A program made the position numbers and the translations under genes. DNA of 64,000 nt from Candidatus Latescibacterota bacterium (GTDB taxonomy: Bacteria; Latescibacterota; UBA2968), in assembly GCA_965116885.1 (NCBI GenBank), contig OZ220741.1, forward strand, positions 736,001 to 800,000. Reading direction: 5' to 3'. This document shows positions 1 to 7,404 of the stretch, in pieces. The number at the start of each line of letters is the position of its first letter. Within the stretch, counting starts at the first letter, position 1. The notes beneath the pieces were generated by a model. It was not told where the DNA came from. It was given only the letters and a program-made list of their open reading frames with translations, and ran no database searches.

Positions 1-533
1 CCCGCAAACGTCCGCACATTTGCGAACGTCGATGCCGAATGCTTTAATCCCTTCAATTGTGGCACGCGGTCTTGAATTTTTGCCATCATCCCCGGCGTAA
101 TTTCCACGCCTGTTGCCCCCGGCAAATTGTACACAAATAGCGGCAGATCTGCAGCACCTGCCACAATTCGATAATGCTCGGCAATATCGTCGTCATCGCG
201 CCGATAAAAAAACGGTGGCACACAACACAGCGCATCTGCACCCACATGGGCTGCGTGCTCTGCCAACCTCGCTGCGCGGTCTGTTGTTGGCGCACCCACA
301 TGCATAATAACTTTTGCACGCCCATTCGATTGATCCACAATCGCCGATGCAACCTGCATATTTTCATCATCGTCCAACAACACACTCTCCCCAGTACCCC
401 CCGCAACCCAAAAACCGTGTACACCGGCTTCGATATTAAACTCTACAATTTTGCGAAACACCGCTTCGTTAAACCGTCCGTCCTGTCCCATAGGCGTCGC
501 AATAGCAGGTACTACGCCCACAAAATCGCCCAT
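1..533 (-). CDS. Dihydrodipicolinate synthase / N-acetylneuraminate lyase family aldolase (3' end runs off the window; not in the ORF track)
   Basis: Manual translation from ATG at 533: MGDFVGVVPAIATPM...GFWVAGGTGES...VIMHVGA...VPPFFY...LPLFVYNLPG...GLKHS, with the GxTGE, YNxP and Schiff-base Lys motifs of the DHDPS/NAL family. Confidence 0.85.
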   Translation of the reverse strand, partial: MGDFVGVVPAIATPMGQDGRFNEAVFRKIVEFNIEAGVHGFWVAGGTGESVLLDDDENMQVASAIVDQSNGRAKVIMHVGAPTTDRAARLAEHAAHVGADALCCVPPFFYRRDDDDIAEHYRIVAGAADLPLFVYNLPGATGVEITPGMMAKIQDRVPQLKGLKHSASTFANVRTFA

Positions 534-547
534 TCAAATCTCCCATT

Positions 548-1315
548 TTAGAGTCCTTGCCCCAGCGTGCGAATATCCAACCGCGTAACACTCACATGTC
601 CCGCACGCAAAACCATACCATCTGTACCCGCGCGTTCTTCTACCTCTGGCTGATCGATATTGTGATAATATCCCTCTTCTGACGCCACAAAACACGACGT
701 GTAAAACGTATGCCCGAGCACCGTTTGTACAACGCGCCAGTCATCAGATGGTTCAGCCGGCATATTCACATTCCACGTCACGGGATCGGACAGAAAATCT
801 GTCCGATCGTTCAAAAACGCAAATACGCGATTCAACATCGCACGACATCTTTCGAACAACAATTCCCGCACATCGGGTTGCATCGCGCGATCTTCAACCC
901 ACTGTCGAAACACCTGCGCGGGTAAAACCTGTGACAATGCCACACCCGGCAATCCCGCGATATTGGCTTCCAGAGCAGCCCCAACTGTCCCCGATGAAAG
1001 CGTGAAACTCAACCCCGAATTACTACCCATATTAATACCCGAAATCACCAGATCGGGCTTGCCGCCGTCAAACAAATGATAAATGCCAAAATTCGCGCAA
1101 TCCGCTGGCGTCCCCGAAAACGAGTATGTCTCACACCCAAACCCATCCAACCGCTCGACAAGACGCATGCCAAACCGCGTCATCGCCTTGCCTTTCCAAC
1201 TCTGCTCCTCGGCGGGCACCACGGCTTTCACATCACCCATCGCCTGAAAATAATCCACAGCAAACAAAAACAAAGGAGAATCCAAACTATCGTCATTCGT
1301 CAATAAAATTTTCAA
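548..1315 (-). CDS. surE: SurE-family 5'/3'-nucleotidase
   Basis: ILLTNDD, SGTPADC, PDLVISGINMGSN, SSGTVGAALE and NVNMP motifs. Confidence 0.85.
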   Translation of the reverse strand: MKILLTNDDSLDSPLFLFAVDYFQAMGDVKAVVPAEEQSWKGKAMTRFGMRLVERLDGFGCETYSFSGTPADCANFGIYHLFDGGKPDLVISGINMGSNSGLSFTLSSGTVGAALEANIAGLPGVALSQVLPAQVFRQWVEDRAMQPDVRELLFERCRAMLNRVFAFLNDRTDFLSDPVTWNVNMPAEPSDDWRVVQTVLGHTFYTSCFVASEEGYYHNIDQPEVEERAGTDGMVLRAGHVSVTRLDIRTLGQGL

Positions 1316-1318
1316 AAA

Positions 1319-2797
1319 TCACCCCCCAATCTCCTCAAAAGGATACATCGGCTCGCGGCGAAACTCGTATTCAAAACCTCGCATATCCGCCGCTGTTGCG
1401 CCCGGTGTATCCACCCGAATTAAAGCCGTACACACCGGCTGATACGCCGCAACAGGTGCATGCACACCCTTGGCCACAACCACCTGAAACGCGGCGGGAT
1501 CGAGATCGCAACTCGTCATCAACCCCAGACTCACGGGCACCGCGCGCCGCGAAGTCAAACTAATTGCAATACCCGTATCCGTCTCCACAATCGCCGTTGG
1601 TCCCATATCAAAAGCAGTTCGCCCGCCGTGTCGCACCTCTGCCTCTCTGTACTTCCCCAGGTGCAAACTGCGCACCCGCACCTCTGCTCTCAAAGGCGCA
1701 CCGTGCAAATCATCCGTCTTACCTCCGATATCCAGCACCACGCGATTTCCAACCCCCGTCTCTCGCGCTCGCGCCTGCGATTCCGGATCAAAAATACACA
1801 CAAAGCCCGTGGTATTTCCCCGCCTGTGCAACTCGTGCAAAATTTCCGTACCATCACCCGCTGACCCTCCACCCACATTATCGCCCATATCGAGCAAACA
1901 AACAGGACCCTCTTGTCCCACCGCCATATCAACAGCATCTGGAACAGGGATATACTCGCCCACAAACTCCGCGCGATGAGCAAACAAAAAATCCGCCAAC
2001 CGATTCGCCAGCACCTGTGCCCGCTCCACATCACCATCTGTCACCACCACAAATGCCGACCCCATCTCCTCTACATCGGCATACGGAAAACCCAGCACAA
2101 CACTATTCGACAAAACACCGGGTTCTCCCAACATCTCATCTGCCAATTCATACATCGGCAAACACGGCGGCGCAAAAGTCGATTGACGCTCAATATTAAT
2201 CCCAATACGGGGAAAAGCCCCCGCTTGCACAGGCGCCACCTCTCCCTTCAGCGTTCGCACCATCAGCGACGCAGCTTCCAGCCCGCGCTGCTTCTGATCG
2301 AGATGGGGATTCGAGCGATAGGCTATCGTCGCATCGCACGCCGCAACCATGCGCGGCGACAAATTGGCATGCGGATCAATCGTGCAAATAATCGGCTTCT
2401 CAGGCCCAACCGTCTCGCGCAAACGCGACAACCAGTGCCCATCCATATCGCGGTACTCGTCGCCCTCACCCGAATTTGCCCCGTGAGGCGCCACCAGATA
2501 CCCATCCACTTCACCCACAGCCTCCACCTCATCAAACATCAACCGCATCAATTCTTCACACGTCTCTCTGGTAATGCGTCCAGAAGGCGTTGTCCCCGCA
2601 TGAAAAATCGGCAGTGCATCGATGCCTGCCGACTCCAAACCTTCTAAAAATCCACTAACTTCGTGATGTCCACCCGAATAGTGATCATACATCGCCCGAC
2701 CCGTAAAAATCCCGTCCCTTCGGAACGAATCCATAGTCGTTGGCGTGCTGATAAACGTATTCGACTCGTGCAACAGTGAAATAATGCCCACGCGCAT
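1319..2797 (-). CDS. M81 (MlrC-like) metallopeptidase
   Basis: HESNTF, PHGA, DPHAN, PHLD, GFPYAD and DMGDNVGGG motifs; start placed after a GAGGAG RBS (alternative start 2815). Confidence 0.85.
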   Translation of the reverse strand: MRVGIISLLHESNTFISTPTTMDSFRRDGIFTGRAMYDHYSGGHHEVSGFLEGLESAGIDALPIFHAGTTPSGRITRETCEELMRLMFDEVEAVGEVDGYLVAPHGANSGEGDEYRDMDGHWLSRLRETVGPEKPIICTIDPHANLSPRMVAACDATIAYRSNPHLDQKQRGLEAASLMVRTLKGEVAPVQAGAFPRIGINIERQSTFAPPCLPMYELADEMLGEPGVLSNSVVLGFPYADVEEMGSAFVVVTDGDVERAQVLANRLADFLFAHRAEFVGEYIPVPDAVDMAVGQEGPVCLLDMGDNVGGGSAGDGTEILHELHRRGNTTGFVCIFDPESQARARETGVGNRVVLDIGGKTDDLHGAPLRAEVRVRSLHLGKYREAEVRHGGRTAFDMGPTAIVETDTGIAISLTSRRAVPVSLGLMTSCDLDPAAFQVVVAKGVHAPVAAYQPVCTALIRVDTPGATAADMRGFEYEFRREPMYPFEEIGG

Positions 2798-2811
2798 CGG
2801 GAATACTCCTC

Positions 2812-3252
2812 TCATATTTCCACAACGAGATACGTCTCCTCCACCGTCACTTCAAACGTCTCTGCCACATAGGGACCCTTCACCAATCCCGCCATATCTC
2901 CCTCGCCCTCTATCTCTGCGCCCTGTGCAACTTCCACCTCATAGCTGCGCACGCGCACACTGGAAGGATCGACCCACGATTGCCCCGTCTTAATATCGTA
3001 CTCCCATCCATGCCATGGACACCGCAAAATTTCCCCCTTGCGCGTGTACTCGTATTCTCCCGGCACATTTGCCGTCACAAAACCCGACACCCGTCCCTTG
3101 CACAGCGCGCCCCCCTGATGAGGGCATCGATTCCTCAGAGCATAAAATTCGCCGTGGACATTAAACACCCCGATCTCCCGCCCCTCAATCGTCACCAATT
3201 TTCGCTCACCCGGAGGGATCTCATCAACTGTTCCAATAATATGTTTCGCCAT
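2812..3252 (-). CDS. Rieske [2Fe-2S] ferredoxin
   Basis: CPHQG and CPWHGW Rieske ligand motifs, 146 aa. Confidence 0.9.
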   Translation of the reverse strand: MAKHIIGTVDEIPPGERKLVTIEGREIGVFNVHGEFYALRNRCPHQGGALCKGRVSGFVTANVPGEYEYTRKGEILRCPWHGWEYDIKTGQSWVDPSSVRVRSYEVEVAQGAEIEGEGDMAGLVKGPYVAETFEVTVEETYLVVEI

Positions 3253-3260
3253 AATACTCC

Positions 3261-4352
3261 TTACGCCAACTGATACAACGCCCGCGCATTCTCCGCCAGA
3301 ATATTGCGCCGCACATCCTTATCCATACCCGAGGGCAGCGCCACATCGGGCGCGTCAAAATCCCAGTGGGGATAATCCGTGGCAAACATCAACTTATCGT
3401 TCATATCCATATGATCCATCATCTGAAAAAAGTACTCGCGTTGTGGGGGTTCTTCCATAGGTTGCGTACTGACCCAGAAATGATCGCGGACATACTCCGA
3501 CGGCAGCCGCTTCAAATGCGGCAACTCCACCTTCAGCTTCTCATAACAACTATCCAGCCGCCACATCAAAGGGGGCATCCACGCAAATCCCCCCTCAATC
3601 AACACCACTTTCAAATCCGGAAACGCTTCAAACACGCCTTCATACACCAAACTCGTCACCTGCGCCTGAAATGCCGTGGGCATGCCCCCGTGATCCTCAA
3701 TATAATGCGACGGCTTGCCCGCGCCCGTAATCGGACCTGCGCCTGTACCGCCAAAATGAATCGCAATGGGAAAACCATTTCTCACCGCAGCCTCATACAC
3801 TTTCCAGTACTTGCGACTGCCCAGAGGCTCCATAGTCCGCACCACCAGAAGCACCTGCACAAATCCCGGATGATCGCCCATGCGGTCGATCTCTGCCGCA
3901 GCCAACTCGCCATCTTCATAAGGTGCAATCACAGACCCGCGCAACCGGGGTTCCCGCCCGAGCCACGCATCGGCTTGCCAATCGTTCACAGCCTGCCCCA
4001 TCGCCGCAGCATAACGCAAATTTTGCTGCCCACCCACGCCGATCAACGGCGTTAAAATGCCGTAATCCATATCCCACTCATCCAGCAATTGCGCGCGCAA
4101 AAACTCCAAATCGGATCCCGGCGGTCCCGAAGGCGGCCAGGCATCGTGGCGCGCGGCATTTGGCACAGCGCGGGGATACGCCGACCCGATGCGTCCGCGA
4201 CCACCAATGGTTCGGTGATAATCGTGCCATTCCTCCGCCAGATATTGAAACCACATATCCCCAGACTTCATCGTCACATGAACATCGCAATCAATAACGG
4301 CTGTTTTTTCGCGCCTTTCTATTTTTACCTCATCCATCAGCGTATCAGCCAT
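3261..4352 (-). CDS. Amidohydrolase_2-fold metalloenzyme, probably a dinuclear oxygenase working with the adjacent Rieske protein
   Basis: IDCDVH, IAIHFG, VLIEGG and FATDYPHWDFD motifs; AAGGAGG RBS before ATG 4352. Confidence 0.8.
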   Translation of the reverse strand: MADTLMDEVKIERREKTAVIDCDVHVTMKSGDMWFQYLAEEWHDYHRTIGGRGRIGSAYPRAVPNAARHDAWPPSGPPGSDLEFLRAQLLDEWDMDYGILTPLIGVGGQQNLRYAAAMGQAVNDWQADAWLGREPRLRGSVIAPYEDGELAAAEIDRMGDHPGFVQVLLVVRTMEPLGSRKYWKVYEAAVRNGFPIAIHFGGTGAGPITGAGKPSHYIEDHGGMPTAFQAQVTSLVYEGVFEAFPDLKVVLIEGGFAWMPPLMWRLDSCYEKLKVELPHLKRLPSEYVRDHFWVSTQPMEEPPQREYFFQMMDHMDMNDKLMFATDYPHWDFDAPDVALPSGMDKDVRRNILAENARALYQLA

Positions 4353-4482
4353 CTCGTGCCTCCTTGAAATCAAAATGCTATTCAACCACATTATCAGAAG
4401 TATAACGCAACATATCGGGGAAAGCAAACCCGATATGCGCTGTATCTGCATCGTTCAAAAGATAGGACTTTGTCTCTTCAAT

Positions 4483-4548
4483 ATCAAATGCCCAACCCTT
4501 GACAGTAAGGAGATTTTTAAATAGAATCTGATGGCGGTTATAAAGACC
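4483..4548 (+). repeat. Direct repeat copy 1 (~65 bp) containing a sigma70 promoter
   Basis: atcaaatgcc..ccttgacagtaaggagatttttaaatagaatctgatg..tataaagacc recurs at 4888-4953. Confidence 0.9.
4499..4527 (+). promoter_or_regulatory. sigma70 promoter P1 facing the island
   Basis: TTGACA-17 nt-TAGAAT. Confidence 0.75.
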
Positions 4549-4643
4549 ATGGGCGAATGAGATTATTTATCATGAAGAGTGTGCATAATTCATTTGTTGT
4601 GGTGAAACGACCTGCAAAGCTTTTTTAATATTTTTCTTTTATG

Positions 4644-4819
4644 CCTTCGGCGACCTACTTTTTGTCACCAGCCACAAAAAGTAGGCAAAAAAGGCCGCTC
4701 TCAAACGCCGAAGGGCTAAGCACAGCGCAAACCGTTTCTTTAGGAATACACCATGTAGTGGCCTTCACAGTTGAGATACCATAAAAATGTCCGCTGCGAG
4801 ACGGACTCGCGCGCTGTGC
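4644..4819. other. Nested-hairpin structured element (MITE/REP-like or ncRNA)
   Basis: Stems ccttcggcg/cgccgaagg (4644-4652/4706-4714), cctactttttgt/acaaaaagtagg (4654-4665/4674-4685), gcacagcgc/gcgctgtgc (4720-4728/4811-4819), gtccg/cggac (4789-4793/4802-4806). Confidence 0.6.
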
Positions 4820-4887
4820 GTGATGGTTTTGACCAATGATTTTTCGCAATGACTTATCTGAAGTACTGTACAACGTTAATTTGTAAG

Positions 4888-4953
4888 ATCAAATGCCCGG
4901 CCTTGACAGTAAGGAGATTTTTAAATAGAATCTGATGATGATTTATAAAGACC
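4888..4953 (+). repeat. Direct repeat copy 2 containing the identical promoter core
   Basis: Near-identical to 4483-4548. Confidence 0.9.
4903..4931 (+). promoter_or_regulatory. sigma70 promoter P2 upstream of the DUF4338 gene
   Basis: TTGACA-17 nt-TAGAAT, about 120 bp before ATG 5051. Confidence 0.8.
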
Positions 4954-5050
4954 GCGAACACACCGGTGAGATTCATACTATCAACCTTCATAAAGGACTC
5001 AGGTTGTAATTGGCGTGACAAATCCCTAATTGAATTCTAACACCCGATGA

Positions 5051-6235
5051 ATGAACCTGATCTTGGTCATGAAACTTACGAAAAAAGAACGCTCCCTAAA
5101 AAAGCATCTGCTCAGTATGGTTGAGCAGTTGCCTTCTTCAGATGATGCGCTAAATAAAGAGCAGATCCGATCCTTACACGCAGGGAAACGCCTGTCCATC
5201 ATGGCATCTATGAATGGTTTTTTTAATCATCACATTGAACTTCTACGCGAGCATATTGCCAGTCCAAACGAAATCAATATCTCCAAGATTAAACCCTACT
5301 TAAGCGTCGTGGCGGGGGGAACAAGCGACTCTCAAATCTTCAACGCTGCCTCACTTCTCTGGTCCGTACCAGTAAGCAAAGGCTTCGGACGACGTATGCG
5401 TTACCTTGTAAGGGATAAAAACAATGGTAAACTCATCGGTATTATCGGCCTAACCGATCCCGTCTTTAACCTCACACCACGAGATGCCTGGGTTGGCTGG
5501 GATTCCAATGGTCGCAAGGAACGTTTAATTCATATTATGGATGCATTTGTGCTTGGTGCTATGCCACCCTACAGCAAAATTTTAGGTGGTAAACTGGTGG
5601 CCTTGTTGGCAACTTCGAGCGAAGTAGTAAAAAACTTCCGACTAAAATATCGCAACTATAAGGGTATAATAAGTGAAAGAAAGAAGGACCCTCGCCTTGT
5701 GCTTTTGACAACATCCTCAGCACTTGGTCGGTCATCGATATACAATCGCCTGCGAATTCCGGACAGTATTGCATTTCTCTCGAATGTTGAGAATAATCGA
5801 GTTCCAACATGGTACACACAAGGTTATGGACATTTCCATATCGACGATGATACATTCAGAAAACTACAGAATGTCCTCATTCGTCGTAAGCACTCCTACG
5901 CCAGAGGAAACAGGTTCGGTGATGGCCCAAACTGGCGTATCCGAGTCATTCGCAAAGCTACAATGGAACTGGGATTGAAAGCAGACATTCTTCAACACGG
6001 TATCCGTCGACAAGTTTTCGTTATCCCTCTCGCTCACAATACGCGCGACTTCCTTCTCGGAAGGGCAAAACGCCCTAAATATATCACGATGTCAGCGAAC
6101 CAAATTACTGACTATTGGATTGAAAGGTGGGCGAGTCCTCGGGCACGACGATTCCCAGAATGGAGGAAATGGAACCTCGAAGAAACGATTACGGACCTTC
6201 ATCGACTTCATATAGTCGCTAAAAAAATGGGCTAA
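5051..6235 (+). CDS. DUF4338 / Druantia DruA-like protein
   Basis: WSVPVSKGFGRRMRYLV, GKLIGIIGL.DPVF, GAMPPYSKILGGKLVALL, TTSSALGRSSIYNRL, TQGYGHFH and GDGPNWR blocks as recalled for DruA/DUF4338. Confidence 0.8.
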   Translation: MNLILVMKLTKKERSLKKHLLSMVEQLPSSDDALNKEQIRSLHAGKRLSIMASMNGFFNHHIELLREHIASPNEINISKIKPYLSVVAGGTSDSQIFNAASLLWSVPVSKGFGRRMRYLVRDKNNGKLIGIIGLTDPVFNLTPRDAWVGWDSNGRKERLIHIMDAFVLGAMPPYSKILGGKLVALLATSSEVVKNFRLKYRNYKGIISERKKDPRLVLLTTSSALGRSSIYNRLRIPDSIAFLSNVENNRVPTWYTQGYGHFHIDDDTFRKLQNVLIRRKHSYARGNRFGDGPNWRIRVIRKATMELGLKADILQHGIRRQVFVIPLAHNTRDFLLGRAKRPKYITMSANQITDYWIERWASPRARRFPEWRKWNLEETITDLHRLHIVAKKMG

Positions 6236-6239
6236 CAAC

Positions 6240-7403
6240 ATGTCACTAGCAAATCTGGACAGAGATGAACTTCGAAAAAGGATCGTAGAGGCATATAGCG
6301 CCGACGAACCACATCTTCAAAAGTTTCGTGAGTACGCAATACGCCTCCGAAACGGGGTGAAACCACTTCGTACCTATTCCGTCAATGCCGTCTCGTTTGT
6401 CTCCGCCGATGGAGGTGATAACCGTCTCACCTTCAATCCGGCAATTGTTGAACTTATACGTGTGGTAGATTCACGTGGTAATGAGCATGCGCTTGACGCC
6501 ATCTCCAGTACCATTAGTATTGAAGAACTGGAGAAAAGGGCCAAACAGGGATCAAGGCACACAATTACACCCTTGAAGCGATTAGCTCAGGATACAGGCA
6601 AAACGCTCAAACAGATGTCGTATCTTATCCGGGCACTCGGTACCCCTGGCAAAAGCACAGGAGCAATGCGATGCTACCGCGATATTGTGGAATGGGCTGT
6701 TCTATACGACCTTGTCGCTAACCCTAACCTTCAATGGGGAGGCGATACAATCTTGGTGCGAGATGGTCTCCTACGAACCAAATCGTTTTCTCGAGACATG
6801 TTTCCGCTACTTGATCAGAAAATTCGTGCCGGCATTGCCGCTCATGCCAAAAGAAATGTACAACTGTCATTGGTCGGTGTAGCTAAGCAAAGTGCCGTGC
6901 TTGGTCGCCTCGCTGTTGCTCTGGAACTTGAGGCGACATTCCACAAACCTTATCCCTGTTTTGTTCGGGTTGATCGTGATATTGAAGAAGAGTGCTACAA
7001 CTTCGATCGTACTTGGCTCGACACATATGAAACTACCGAAGAGGATGATACTGGCCGAAGACTTTACCAGTCCCTTGGAAAACTCTACCTCGTCAAATTC
7101 GGCGATAGACCAATGGATCCTGTCTGGCCTGTCGATATTGCCGTATGGCAGGTTCACCAAGCAGAACGCATCCTCGGACAACTGACGGTTGATGCTCAGC
7201 AGGGCTTTCCTATTCCGGACTATCCGATGTGCATCCAGCGAGCACACGATTTTGCAAAATTATCGGGACTCGAGATTCAGGATCTTCAGGATATGCTTCT
7301 TCAAGGGATGTGTAACAAACTTACGGCTGAAGAAACCGAACGCCTGCTTCGCCTGAAGTATTTAGGACAGACGCTGGCAAATCTCAGATACAAGGAGGCG
7401 TAA
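6240..7403 (+). CDS. NurA-like 5'-3' nuclease (RNase H-like fold)
   Basis: SADGG, LVRDG, LVGVAKQS and YPxxxxRAHxxAK motifs; lies directly upstream of a HerA ATPase. Confidence 0.75.
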   Translation: MSLANLDRDELRKRIVEAYSADEPHLQKFREYAIRLRNGVKPLRTYSVNAVSFVSADGGDNRLTFNPAIVELIRVVDSRGNEHALDAISSTISIEELEKRAKQGSRHTITPLKRLAQDTGKTLKQMSYLIRALGTPGKSTGAMRCYRDIVEWAVLYDLVANPNLQWGGDTILVRDGLLRTKSFSRDMFPLLDQKIRAGIAAHAKRNVQLSLVGVAKQSAVLGRLAVALELEATFHKPYPCFVRVDRDIEEECYNFDRTWLDTYETTEEDDTGRRLYQSLGKLYLVKFGDRPMDPVWPVDIAVWQVHQAERILGQLTVDAQQGFPIPDYPMCIQRAHDFAKLSGLEIQDLQDMLLQGMCNKLTAEETERLLRLKYLGQTLANLRYKEA

Positions 7404-7404
7404 T

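Noticed and set aside
86..424. 112-aa minus-strand ORF listed at the window start
   Set aside because: Wrong frame; the real gene is the DHDPS-family CDS starting at 533 and running off the window.
4655..4873. 72-aa minus-strand ORF
   Set aside because: Overlaps the hairpin element, has no RBS and no protein-like features.
4483..4953. CRISPR array or IS target-site duplication
   Set aside because: Only two ~65-bp copies about 400 bp apart; no cas or transposase genes; too long for a target-site duplication.
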